Shown here piece after piece: positions 12,190 to 24,039 of a stretch of 64,000 bases of DNA (its first letter is position 1; each line of letters starts with the position of its first letter). Source of the stretch: Minutocellus sp. GHC0000111 (lineage: Eukaryota); assembly GCA_977018835.1 (NCBI GenBank), contig OZ361258.1, positions 2,914,001-2,978,000 on the forward strand, given 5' to 3'. Under the pieces are notes generated by a model. The model was not told the DNA's origin. It was given only the letters and a program-made list of their open reading frames with translations, and did not search any database. A program made the translations under genes and the position numbers.

Positions 12190-13811
12190 TCCTGCGGTGC
12201 TTTTAAGTTATATTGTGTTTAATAATACTAGATTGGATTGTAGATCTGGATACTAGCTGCTGCAATACATGTACTTTGCATTGTACATGTATTCAATGCC
12301 GGTAGATCTAAGATTCAGGCGGTTGCGGGCCCAAAAAGTCGCTGTTTTGGTCCCGACCCTGCGCTCGATTTCTCGCGAAACGGACTTCGTAGGGGAACGG
12401 CTGGGCGCCTTTGTGGGACTTTTAGTTGGATTGCGAGTTGGACTGCGGGTTGGTGCCTTGGTAGGACGTTCAGTGGGCAACTCCGTCGGGTTGGACGTGG
12501 GCCTTGCCGTCACGAACATGCCCTGACCGCACTTTTGACACGTTTTGGGACACGCGGCATCGGCTCTGGTGCGGATCCCCACCTCCCCTTGGCTGCAATA
12601 CTTGGCCAAACGCCGTTCGCTCTTGGCAATCCACGAGCACTTCTTCCGCTTCTTGAGGGCCACTCTGCCGATGATGGCCGATGTGTCCTTGCACTTGTCC
12701 GCGAGGGAGGGGCAGGGTAAGCCGCACGTGACTGGGCAGATGACGGCCGACAAGGGCAGACGATATCCGGCAGGGGGGCTGCAATATTCTGTTCTGGCAC
12801 CCTCGGAATTGTTCCGTAGCTGTTCCGCCAGCCAGGCACAATCTCGCTTCTCGCCCTTCTCGTCGGTGAAGGTCTGCCAGGTCATATCGGTGCATTGGGC
12901 ATCTTCCAGTGACCGCACGGCCGGTGATTGCAGCAGCGTTTGGACATGTGCCTCTGCGTCGAACTTGTCGTCGTCATGAGCAGCAGCAGCAGCTGCCTCG
13001 ACCACCGGCGGAGGGAGGCAACACGCAACGAGGAACAGAGCCACAAAGAGGGTCAGCCGGCCCGCCGCCGGTCCAACCAACACGCGTGCCATCTTCAGCA
13101 GCGGTATGTGGGGCCTGGACCTTCGCCCACAAGGCCCAGCGGTAGCTGCTCTGCGCTGCTCTGCTTTGACCTACTTGGAATTCCAAGGTTGGTACTTCTC
13201 GCCGAAAAATAATCAAAATCAAAAGCAAGTTTTGGACACGGCGGTGTGTCTCGAAGTCTTTGAGGGCTGGGGTTGAAGCAGCACAACTGCCACCCCACCA
13301 GGACAGGCTTGCCCCCCCGCCCGAGCAATCGGATGGCGGGAGATTAGGAAAGTAATAAGTAGAAGCACGCGTTGCTTCGGCACGTGGTATCGATTGGATT
13401 GAGCTTAGATCTATCAATATGTAATAAAGAGGAGCGGCGTGTCTCGGCCACTGCGGCCGCGAAACCCCCCTGTCCTTGCACTTCAAGCGTGTCTCGGTGC
13501 TACTTTCGACCCTCCGGTCTTTCATGCCACATATTCTACAACATTCTTGCACCATGAACAAATCTACAACCACTGCCAACATCGCTGCTAAGCATTTTGT
13601 CACCTATACGCATTCGGGTGGCAACGGTGAAAGCATATCTTCTCTGCCAGTCAAGTCATTTGCACCTGGCCCACCGTCATCGCCGATCGTCACAACGACC
13701 GCCGCTCCAAATCCCGCCGCCACTACCGCCGCCGCCAGCGACGGCAACAGTGATGTCGACCGCACATCAAAAGATCAAACAAGGACTCTATCCTCATTGG
13801 TTTCTTTCAAG

Positions 13812-15383
13812 ATGGCATCTCTTGCACGAACATGTCTCCGCACGGCCATCGTCGTGGCCACCCACCTTCACAGTCACGGTGCCACCCCGATCCATCTCGC
13901 CGTTATTCGAGGAATTTCGGATGAGTGGCTCGGCAGATTGCTTTGGGCACATCGACTGGCAGCATCGGTCCAAGACCGGTCCAGCTCATTGACCCCCCTA
14001 CACGTAGCGCTCCGATGCAGCCACACATCGTTGAAGGCCGTCCAACTTCTAGTACGTGCTCAACCAACCTGTGTTGGTATTAGCTGTAGGAAGGGCCATC
14101 TGCCCATCCACGTAGCAGCACAGCACTCGTCGTCGGTTGAGATCGTTTGCTATCTTCTCACATCGCTTCCAGAGAGTGTTCGATCAATCACCGGTGACAT
14201 TGGAGATACCCCACTCCACTTGGCGGTTCGTGCTGACAATGACCGAGGCGATGAGATTGTACTCACTCTGGTCGATTTGGCGCCGGATCTGTCAATGAAA
14301 CGAAATCGAATCGATGAGACTCCATTCTCTATAGTTTGCGGTCTATGGGATGCTTTCGAATCGTCGTCGATGGGAGGAGATCTGGTCCGAGAAATAATTC
14401 TGAGGGTCGATACTAGTGTTGGCAGTATAATGCAGTCATCAGGATTATTGAAGCGGCTGTGGAACAAAATGTCGTACCTTGCCAGGGCAAGATACTGCAC
14501 CGTTTCCAACCTCACCACTTCACAAGACACTCTGATGAGTGATGGGTTTCTTTTGCACGCAGCCGTGGGTTCTTCTTGCCCATCGAGTTTTGTGGAGCTT
14601 GTTTTGCACTTGTTCCCATCACAGATTGACCAGATCGATCGAAGTGGAAGATTTCCACTAGCCATTGCAGCGGCAACGAATTTTCGCAGCGACGTTGAAG
14701 GATTGCGCATCATTGATTGTATTCTCAGCGCTTGCCCTGAGTGTGCTGCAATCAAAGACGACAACGACAATTACCTGCTACACTTGGCATTGCGAAGTAA
14801 AAAAACCTGGGACTTTGGCATTCGTAGAATATTCGAATCATTTCCGCATGCAATCGAAAACGTTGACGTAGCATCAGGCATTCCCTCGTTTCTCCTTGCA
14901 ATATCAGTACAATCACCGGCGCCATGTATGTATGATAAGTGCACTGCAGCACGTGTTTCATCGGATATCAAAAGTGAAAATTATGAATGTAGCGGACGTA
15001 GGTTCAGCGCCCGCCGAGGGAGGATTGTCCCTCAGAATGATTCATTCGATGAATACATGCAAGGCGCACCACTGCAATCATTGTTTTCAAGGAACGCCTC
15101 TCTCAAGAGTTGGGACTCTAATGTCGACTCGGATGGCGCTGATTCTGGCTTCGATTCTCAAAGCGACACGAAGGAGGGACGGAGACAGACTGAGACTCAT
15201 CGGCAATCGACTAGTATTTGTAGATCTACTAGTGAGCCGAGAGATGCTCAAGCTGACCAGATAGACACTGTGTATCGTTTGATGCGCGCCTGTCCCTCAG
15301 TACTCCGCACGAAACTCACAAGCAGGCTACAGAGCGAGACAAAACAGCCACGTACTAGGATGACTACTACTAGTAGCAATTAA
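13812..15383 (+). CDS. Ankyrin-repeat protein
   Basis: Repeated TPIHLA, TPLHVA, LPIHVA, DTPLHLA and FPLAIA motifs. The start is uncertain; the ORF is open from 13476. Confidence 0.8.
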   Translation: MASLARTCLRTAIVVATHLHSHGATPIHLAVIRGISDEWLGRLLWAHRLAASVQDRSSSLTPLHVALRCSHTSLKAVQLLVRAQPTCVGISCRKGHLPIHVAAQHSSSVEIVCYLLTSLPESVRSITGDIGDTPLHLAVRADNDRGDEIVLTLVDLAPDLSMKRNRIDETPFSIVCGLWDAFESSSMGGDLVREIILRVDTSVGSIMQSSGLLKRLWNKMSYLARARYCTVSNLTTSQDTLMSDGFLLHAAVGSSCPSSFVELVLHLFPSQIDQIDRSGRFPLAIAAATNFRSDVEGLRIIDCILSACPECAAIKDDNDNYLLHLALRSKKTWDFGIRRIFESFPHAIENVDVASGIPSFLLAISVQSPAPCMYDKCTAARVSSDIKSENYECSGRRFSARRGRIVPQNDSFDEYMQGAPLQSLFSRNASLKSWDSNVDSDGADSGFDSQSDTKEGRRQTETHRQSTSICRSTSEPRDAQADQIDTVYRLMRACPSVLRTKLTSRLQSETKQPRTRMTTTSSN

Positions 15384-15483
15384 GGTGATCTGTTTGTAAC
15401 AAGCAACAACGAACATTTTTCAAATAGGGTGCGTAGCTAGTCTAAGAAAAGAGCATGTGGCGACAGGAAGCCGAGCGCCAAAC

Positions 15484-16773
15484 TCACGATGCCTTTTGTT
15501 TTCCATTAGTGTACTGCTGCTTCTTCATTTGCTCTTCGCCCTTTTTATGCTCCGAGAGGTCATGGGCCTCACCCTTCGATACAAGAAGCCATCCCATACG
15601 AATGAACATGGAGAACCAAACGAGATGGAGGAGAATAATGACTCCAATAAGGCCGAAGAAGAACGGCCGGTATGCGTAGTAATAGACCGGATCAAGACCT
15701 CCGACAGAGACCAAAATAAATGACTCCCACAGCACGGCTCGATAAATAACAAATGGTAGAATGATGAGCCGCGTTACTAACCAAACCAACACCATCGAAA
15801 CGAAACAAGAAATGGTCGTCTTCTTCCATTTTACAAAGTTGGCCAGCTTGGACAGATCCACCGGAACGTCTGAAATATCATGCACGAGGAACACCATCGA
15901 TCCGATTCGAGTGAATCGCCAATGAGAGCTTCCAAGGACGAGAAGATTCGTCACAATGTGATGCACAAACATTTCGCGAAAGTCCCCTCGACATGTTTTG
16001 CTCCACCCAATAGAGATAGGTGACTGGATACTCGTTCTCCCATCCTTGGTCGTGTGGATCGGGCTCTGAAATCGAACGTCAAAGCTTAGGCGCAAAAGTT
16101 CAATAAGAGCCTCGATGTTGTATGCGCTCTGAACGAGATAATACCAGGTCATTCCAGGGTCAATCGGTTGCTCATTGGGATGGCCAAGAAATAGGGTTTT
16201 GGTCCCTCCCTGGGAAGGATCCCACCAGGGCTTGTCCCAGAAATACCACACGCCATAAATGCTAACCGACGAGTGATAGAGCAACCGGAACACGTATTCT
16301 CCAAACTTGACAATGCGTATCTCATTCGTTTTCTCCCATTCCAACCCATGCGACGCCCTCCCAACACGTCGGCCGATGGAGCTGAACCAAGGCAATAACA
16401 CTGACTTCACCAAGCGGAAAAGAAGAACCAGCACGATAAGGACGGCGGCGGATGTGGGGCAGGTAAGCTCTCCAAGCACTGTAGACGTTGTTCTGAAGGC
16501 AAAGCTGTACATGCTACTCAACGTCGACGTCGAGGCATTGCCCTCGGTTTGCTTCAGATAATCATCATATCGAAGCAGCGGGGAGAAGGTTTCCTCAACG
16601 ACGTCGCCAAGTTTGTACGAGAGTGGACCGCCATTCTCGGCGAGTCCAAACGGCACGTACTGTCTCCATTCGGCACCGAATGTCGCTACATCAATGATTT
16701 TGGAGAGGGACAGCAGCATGCCCGATGGGTACACCTCATCCTCGGGACGCATTGCCCCGAACGGATTGATCAT
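15484..16773 (-). CDS. TLC-domain ceramide synthase (Lag1/CerS family)
   Basis: Lag1 motif RGDFREMFVHHIVT..IGSMVFLVHDISDVPVDLSK and multiple TM helices. Confidence 0.92.
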   Translation of the reverse strand: MINPFGAMRPEDEVYPSGMLLSLSKIIDVATFGAEWRQYVPFGLAENGGPLSYKLGDVVEETFSPLLRYDDYLKQTEGNASTSTLSSMYSFAFRTTSTVLGELTCPTSAAVLIVLVLLFRLVKSVLLPWFSSIGRRVGRASHGLEWEKTNEIRIVKFGEYVFRLLYHSSVSIYGVWYFWDKPWWDPSQGGTKTLFLGHPNEQPIDPGMTWYYLVQSAYNIEALIELLRLSFDVRFQSPIHTTKDGRTSIQSPISIGWSKTCRGDFREMFVHHIVTNLLVLGSSHWRFTRIGSMVFLVHDISDVPVDLSKLANFVKWKKTTISCFVSMVLVWLVTRLIILPFVIYRAVLWESFILVSVGGLDPVYYYAYRPFFFGLIGVIILLHLVWFSMFIRMGWLLVSKGEAHDLSEHKKGEEQMKKQQYTNGKQKAS

Positions 16774-17019
16774 GATTATTTATTTGTGCTCGTTAGAAGG
16801 TACTAGTAGAATCGACAGATCGACAAGAAGGGCAAGCCAACTATAAATAGCGACTGGAATCTCTCGCCTCTTCCTTGTTGCAAGGAGCACGAACAAGGCG
16901 TGACCTTGCGCGGTACCAAAGTGCTGATCTGAGATACCGGCGACCAACATAAGCGCCATAGCGGAGAAAAATGACGAAACGATCCAACAGGCACTAATGG
17001 CTCAACATTTTGTGCTTTA

Positions 17020-18524
17020 GAGTGATTTCACGAGAGAGCCGACACCCCCTCCGCGATGTTTCGTAAACATTGTACCAAACTAACTCGACTGCAGATTACT
17101 ACTTAGATAGGTGTTGTAGACCATAATCAATGGTCAAGTTAGTTTGGTACAATGATCTCGGGGTCCTTTTAGCACATCTTATAGATACGGTAATAGAGTG
17201 TTTGTATTGGTATTATATTTGTACAAAGCTTTTATTTTTGTGGATAAATGTAGTTGTGCTGCTTGAGAGAAAGAAAATTTTGCATCGAACTTCATCATAA
17301 AACAAAACCCATTTGGCCCAGCAAATGGTGCCACAAGATGTGTTGCCGATGTGCCTCCCATTGAGAACAATCAAGACTACGAGGCACCATACCCTCATGA
17401 TTGTCTTTTCAGACGCTGTGATGCAGCAGGGTGCTTGCAGTTGCCTTTTTGAGGCTTTAAAAATTCGTTCGCGTCAGACCCGATTTTTTCGACAGTTTCC
17501 GACGTTCCACCACGACCATGTTCGCCCGATGTTCCGCACTTCCCCGGCCATTGAACACACTCTGACCACCTAGATGCCTCCCCGAATACCACTGGAAGGG
17601 GTTGTTGGGCGATAGCGGTGCGTCTGTGCGTGCTTGTGCCGCGCATTATGGCCCAGCATCAGCACCACCCCCGTGTCACCACCCTCCCAAAGTTGGTTCT
17701 GATCCTGTTTCGTCTTGCATGTGTCCCTTCCGTCGCACTGAGCCGTCGCCGCTGCGCCCATATATATACCCCACGTGTATTTGAGGGGGGAGTGGCAGTA
17801 TCTTATCACAATTGGTCGAGATAACCGTGCCCAACGTCCTGTTTCTAGTGTTGGTTGGCACCAGATTGCACCTTCATTGCTTATGCCATCCGAGAGGAAA
17901 GAAACCGGATAAAGCGGCCAAACCAATGCGTGGGATCGATGGATGTAATATAAAGTGAGCATTGTGCGTGCTGATGTTGCGTGAAGGATCAATGCTTGAG
18001 GCTGGAGGAGGGGTGTAGTTGGGGATTCACTGCTTTCGGAAGCTTTTGCTTTTCGTGATGATGGCCACGAAGACACAAAGATGGGGTCCAATATCGACCT
18101 TTTGGCGCAAATTCTCCCCCTTTATAACCCAAGTGGAAGTAATGCTGGTCAGGGGGGATTGAAATGGCGGTAGACAAGCATCAGCTATCGTTCTTTGCCA
18201 TTTTGAGGGGTAAAAATATTGGAAATATCATGGGTGTGAGGAGATATTGCTAAAATAGCACATGTTGTACAAATGAGCGTGCTTTCGACATTCAATACTC
18301 GCTCAATACATGTAGTTGGTGTATGCATAGGTCGGCTTGGGGCAATTCATGGTTATGCCATCATTAGATGGCCTTCTGTTGAGATGAATTCTCCCTTGCT
18401 TTGGTCGCGTTGAGTGAGGTCATTTAGTGGGTTCATTTTTTACAGTGAATGAAATATCGCACAAAAAAATTTCTAGTGCCTTACTAATTACGTCGATTTT
18501 GTCGGCGGTCTCGTGAAAACGCTC
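17020..18524. mobile_element. Putative non-autonomous TIR transposon (GAG...CTC termini, 4-bp TTTA TSD, Sola-like)
   Basis: TTTA at 17016-17019 and 18525-18528. TIR GAGTGATTTCACGAGAGAGCCGACA versus the reverse complement of the right end, GAGCGTTTTCACGAGACCGCCGACA (21/25). No convincing ORF inside. Confidence 0.7.
17068..17154. repeat. 87-bp inverted repeat/hairpin
   Basis: CATTGTACCAAACTAACT ... AGTTAGTTTGGTACAATG: 18-bp perfect arms, extendable to 22 bp with one mismatch. Confidence 0.9.
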
Positions 18525-18726
18525 TTTATAGAAAGGACAGAGAAACGAAGAACCACCAGCGTCCAGCCAAGGCGAAGGAGAAAGAAAAGAATGCGGTGAC
18601 GAATCGACAATTCACGTTTTACCGGTAATGCCATCAATTCGATCCTTTTTAGATGATGATGTAAGATTTAGCTAGAACAATATGTAGATCTACAGGGTAT
18701 AAACCCTGCCTCCTTTTCTCACAGAC

Positions 18727-20177
18727 TCACAGACCATCAAAAATGTCATCGACCGCGTTTCGCTCGCTTTTCTTCTTCTTTTCTTTCTTGGCCTCTTTTG
18801 CCTTTTTCGATTTCTTCTTCTCTTTGCTTGTTCCCTTTGGCGTGCTGGATCCCTCTCCATCGTCATCGAGGTCTCCGAATATGTCATCGATTGACGACGC
18901 CTTGGTCGACTGCTCCAACTTTTCCTTCTTTCGTTTCTTCTTCTTCGGCTTCTCTTCGCCGCCCAAATCAGCACCATCACCCCCTTTGGTTGTGGACTTT
19001 GGTCGCGATTTGTCCTTCATCATTTGCAATATCTGCTCATTGACATCGACGGTATAAAACGAGGCAGCTTTTCTCTTCTTGTCCTTCTTCGTAGAAATAT
19101 CGCTCCGCGCTGAAACAAGATCATCATCATTCTGTCCGATATCGACGCTCTCACCCAGATCATTGTCACCCCTCCTGCAGAGGATTGTTTTTGAATATCG
19201 TCATTGAAATTTTGATTGTCATGGCTGGCCTCATCAATGTCTTCCAAGTTTGCGTCTCCATTCTTTTGTGACATCTTGGAAGCACTGCTTGCGCTGATAT
19301 CACTGATTCCTCGCCGTATGGCACCTTGTCGCCGTCTCTCTTGTTGCTCCTTTTCGTGTTGTTGTGGATCAATCTCCACAAAGGAATCCATCAATTTGTT
19401 TGTCCAATCACCCCAACCAACATCCTTGCCAGGCTCATTGTCGTGACGAATCTTTTTCAGCAAACGCTTGAGCCGAAGCAAATCCAACTTGTCATGCCAT
19501 AATTCACCATCGATTGCTTCCCCACCATCTACCTCGAGCACATTGTCAATGGCAGTGAGGCATCGGCCTAGATCGATGCATCCCTCTCTTCCCATTCGCA
19601 TCAGAAGAGCTCGTATCCGACTGATGGCTGCAAGTGCGGCTGTACAAAAGGGGACGAAATATCCCCGGCTCAATTCCGTGTACAGTCCTTCGGCAGCATA
19701 GAGTATACGCGACAGCACTTCCGCCACATGATGTGTCATCTTTTGCGTTAGATGCGAAACCCGAGAGGCAAGAAGCGACGTTTCTCTGTTTGTTTCGTAG
19801 CTGTCCATCACTTCGTCGCCATCCCCTTGACTGCCCTTACGCTTCTTTGCGCTGGCAGCAGCTGCGGTACGAGTAGTCCACTTATCTTCGACGCCTCTGG
19901 CCCTCTTTTGACGGTCACGATCGGCCATACTTTGGATCCATTCCACTTCCGTCCGAATCGGCGATAAGATATTGCCATAAAAGGAGGCACTGGCATCGTG
20001 CAGCCCATACCGTTCCAGGGAACGGATCATCATTTGCAGTCAACGGTAGTACCGCGCTCGGTGATGCGCCGCAGAGTTGCGACGGAGGAGAAGTGTCAGC
20101 ACCTGCAAGTCGAGGGACAGGGCCTCGGAAATTGCCGACGGCGGGGATGGCTGGTGCTGACTTGTGGCCGAAGACAT
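18727..20177 (-). pseudogene. NEPRO/Rmp1-like nucleolar protein (RNase MRP-associated family), disrupted
   Basis: LLLRRNSAAHHRARYYR and GYFVPFCTAALAAISRIR resemble the family motifs; Lys-rich tail with IDDIF repeats. TGA at 20040-20042 and a frameshift at 19169-19172. Confidence 0.7.
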
Positions 20178-20596
20178 GATAGAACTTGGGTGCGAAAGAA
20201 GAGTATCAATGATAGGAATCTGTTGCGTTGATTTGACCTTACAGATTAGAAAAATGTATGCTCTCAACCCACATGTTATGTGTGGCGCCAAAATGAAGAC
20301 GAAACCCCACTCCCCCCTATCGTCTGTTTGCCTCACCAGATCCAAATTTCAGGAGTGGCAAACTCAAACAAATCTCAGCCTCACATTGTGAGCTTCTTAG
20401 AGGGTTAGTATGTGTTTTAGGGTTGTACCAATTGTACGTGGAAGCGCCGTACAAAATTTTTCATTCCATGCCAACCCAACACGTCATTTTCTGAAACAGC
20501 GGGGAAAACTCAACGGTCGCTTCACGACCCGTCCACCCGTCGTCGGTCTCCGTTGGTAGGGTCAGTAGAACGCCGTACGTGCCGGTTCCGGAACCA

Positions 20597-23500
20597 TGGC
20601 TGACTCGAGCGACGACGAGTTCGGCGTGTACGACGCCGCCGAGGGGTCGAGATACCCCGTCCACGATTGCGTGGAGTTCGAGGATGCCGACAGTCTGCGG
20701 GTGAGTTCCGGGGTGCGGCTGTGGCGGCCGGGAGGCGGGGGGCCATCGCCGCCTCCATTCGCCTCCATTGGAGGTGCAGGTTGAGCTGCAAAGGGCCTTG
20801 TTTCCGATGAGAAACAGGCTCTTTTCCATAGCGACACGTCATTTTCAACATGATTTCTCACAAAGTCCGACCCTCCGATCTCTATCCAACTTTCACTTCC
20901 TTCCCCTACCAACTTTCACGTCCTATATCACGATAATTTGACTTGAACGACTTCTATGATACTGCCATATACACCACTGCACCGGTACAACCGATAGCGG
21001 CTGATATTTGTGAGACAAGATGATTCCGACGATAGCGACTCTGATGATTCCTCGTCGTCGTCATCCGATTCCTCTTCGGATGACAATGATTCTCATGCCG
21101 CCGCTCATGCTGCTGCAATTGGCCATTCTCCCGAGCTAGCGAGACCTCCGGCCACTGATGCTGCGGCTTCTGGCACCGCTACCACCGCTGGAGAGCCATC
21201 GGGGGGAGGTGATGGCTTGGCGGATACTGGCGGCACCGGTACTCCTACGGCGGGAAAGCAAAAGAAGAAGAAGGCACCGAAACCACCCAAGGAGCCGGAA
21301 TACTACTGCCCTCACAACTTGGACGAGCGAGATTTCGACGAAAACACGCCGATCCATGTTGCCATCCACTCCTGTAAGCTGGAGCACGTGAAGCTACTAC
21401 TCAAGGCTGGAGCGGCCCACCACAAAAAGTGCGACTGCAGCTACCCCGCCCACGTGGCCGTTAGCATGGGCGCGATCCACAAGCACGCGGACTTTGCCTA
21501 CGACTGCCTCAAGGTTCTGCAGGAGCACGGTGCCGATCTTAGCATCCGCGACGATTCGCTCCATACACCGTTGTACTTGGCGTTTGCCGCCAACCTTCCC
21601 AGGGTGCTGGGGCTCATCTTGGCCGACGAGGCGGGGATTCAAACGCTCAATCTGCGAGCGGACCGAGTCGGAGGAAGAGCTTTTCATGCGGCCGCCAAGT
21701 TCGATCGGGTAACGGCCGGTATGGCCGCTCCCGGCGTACCTCATCATCATACTTCCGTTGCTGGGACACCTCATCATCAGCACCACGAGCACCATCCTCA
21801 TGGTCAACGTCCCTCCTTCGGTGGCAAGACAATGGCAGTCTCCCCGACCGCAGCTGCGGCGCAAGAGGCCGCCAATGCAGCCGCGGCAGCCGCTGATGGC
21901 GGGGACGATGCCTCGCAGCCAGCAGTTGTGAGTACCTCGGCCGTCATCACGCAAATGCTTCTATCGACCGAGGGTATTGAAGTCGATCCTCCCAACAACT
22001 ACGGTCGTACCCCACTTCACATCGCCTGCTACTATGGGAACTGGCCCGTCGTTCGTCTCCTCCTCCAGCATGGTGCCGCCGCCCTTGCCCTTGATAAGCG
22101 CGGGTGCACCCCCGGGAAGATTGCCCAGAAGCGCGGTATGGTTATCCCCAACGATCTCATGCAGGCCCTGAGCCCGACGGGCCCACCGGGATCGGCCATG
22201 CATTCGCCTACTCGAGACTTGATTATGGATCCGGACAACAATACCCTTCTTATGTGCCACGAGCTTTGTAGCCGTCACATGAGCTGCCCTCCTATCGATC
22301 GGTCTGGCGGCCCTGGCTCCGACCCTCCTCCTGAGAACATCCGCCGGCTTCGTGTGCTGCTCAATGATGAGGTTGGAATCCTGCGATCGGCGGAGTTTGG
22401 TAGCCTCACCTGGGAATCTGAGGCAAGACGAGCCTCCATTGCCGATGTTCTCAAGGTTCACGAGTACAATTACGTCGAGGGTATCAGCCAAGCATGTGCA
22501 CAGCTCCCTGACCACCCGTCGGCAATTGCCAATCTCGATGCCGATACTGCCATTTCGCGATGGAGCTTCGAAGCTGCCATGAGGGCTGCTGGCAGTGTCT
22601 GCGAGGCCATCGACAAGGTAATGGCGGGAGACTTCAGAAATGCCTTCTGCGCCGTTCGTCCTCCGGGACACCACGCCGGACCTCGGGGCATCGTCACCTG
22701 CCCCAACGATCCCGACGGATCTCACGGATTCTGTTTGCTGAACAACGTGGCTATCGGTGCTGCGTACGCCAGGAGTATGTACCGCAACGACGGCATCCAG
22801 CGGGTCGCCATCATTGACTTCGACGTCCACCATGGCAACGGAACGGAAGAGATCGTGAGGCAGCTCGTCCCCAACATTGAGCGTTCAGCCGTCCGAACTC
22901 CCTTTGCAGTCGGCGCACTCCACATTCCAAGGTACAAGCCTTGGTTCAACGAGGACGACGTGCACGATGTTTTCTTCTCCAGTACCCACGGCTATGGTCC
23001 CCGCGACATCCGCTTCTCTGACCAACAGGGTGGATGGTTCTACCCGGCGTCGGGCAAGACGCGTACCACCGATGCCATCAACAATCCTTCCAGCATCGAG
23101 AATCCAAGCCTGGCCGATTTCCTTCTTTCCCAAACCTGGACTCGCATGGGAGACGACTCTCGTAGCAACTGCTGCAAGATCATCAACGTTGGATTGGACC
23201 TTCCAAGACCTTCGGACGTTCCTGGTATGCAGCGGGTAGAGTTCCGAGACTCCTACAGGAAGAACATCCTCCCGCATCTGCTCGACTTCGACCCCGACCT
23301 CATCTTCATTAGTGCCGGTTTCGATGCGCACAAGAAGGATACCATGAACTTTGGCTACGTTGGTATGGTCGAAGATGACTACGAGTGGGTCACCGAACAG
23401 CTCGTCAAGGTTGCCAACACTTGCTGCAACGGTCGGATTATATCAGTGCTCGAGGGCGGGTACAAAATCCATGGTGGCATCGTCTCCCCTTTCGCCCGCA

Positions 23501-24039
23501 GTGTCGCTCACCACGTCCGTGCTCTCGTCGATGGAGGCAGCAGCCGGGAGCTGTACGACAAGCAAGACGAGGACTGGGAGAGTCAATTCGAGCGCCATAT
23601 GGTCGAAGAGAAGGAAAGGAAGAGGCAGCTCAAGATGGAACGCTTTAGCCGCCCTCCAGTCGATATGGCTGCCCATCACGATCGCAATCTTCGTCAGCAG
23701 GCGCCCGTGCAGCATCACGATGTTTCCGCCGATATTGTGGGAGGTGGTGCCATCGGTACCGGTCTGACGCCTCTCCATGCTGGTGGAGTTGAGCTTGACC
23801 ATCCCGAAGGCGAAATGGGAGGACAGGAAGGCGTCGCGGGAGGTATGGAGGCTCTCATGCAAGGGCCGATGGATGTCCATGAGGACGTTGGATCGAGTGC
23901 CGTCAACGGTGGGGCCACCGGCGCCGCTGAAGGCGGAGGAGAGGAGGGCCCATCTCGAAAGAGGAGATGCAACAACGTCGACTACAAAGCTTTGAACGAG
24001 CAGATGGAGAAGGAAGAAGGAGGGGGCGAAGCCAAATGA
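20597..24039 (+). CDS. Ankyrin-repeat histone deacetylase (class II-like), intron about 20701-20997
   Basis: Ankyrin motifs (NTPIHVA, HTPLYLA, GRTPLHIA) followed by RPPGHHAG, GFCLLNNVA, IDFDVHHGNGT, SAGFDAH and LEGGY. Confidence 0.92.

Larger units (their letters stand above)
10082..12389 (+). mobile_element. Tc1/mariner-superfamily DNA transposon, 2308 bp
   Basis: TA at 10080-10081 and 12390-12391. 29-bp TIRs: CGAGGTCAGATTCGCGAGAAATCGAGCGC versus the reverse complement of the right end, CGAAGTCCGTTTCGCGAGAAATCGAGCGC (3 mismatches). Contains an internal DDD transposase. Confidence 0.95.
9131..13092 (-). pseudogene. Secreted protein (signal peptide, ShK-like Cys modules, Pro/Thr linker, Cys-containing C-terminal domain) interrupted by a mariner element
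   Basis: Removing 10082-12389 plus one TA fuses ..KAPSRSP-T-SRPTKAPTPVPPTP.. in frame. An additional frameshift lies in the G6 run at 9307-9312, and the likely stop is at 9131-9133. Confidence 0.85.

Noticed and set aside
17395..18091. ORFs inside the Sola-like element as a transposase
   Set aside because: No recognisable catalytic motifs; short and fragmented.
20397..20425. Telomere-like TTAGGG words
   Set aside because: Only one or two degenerate units, not an array.
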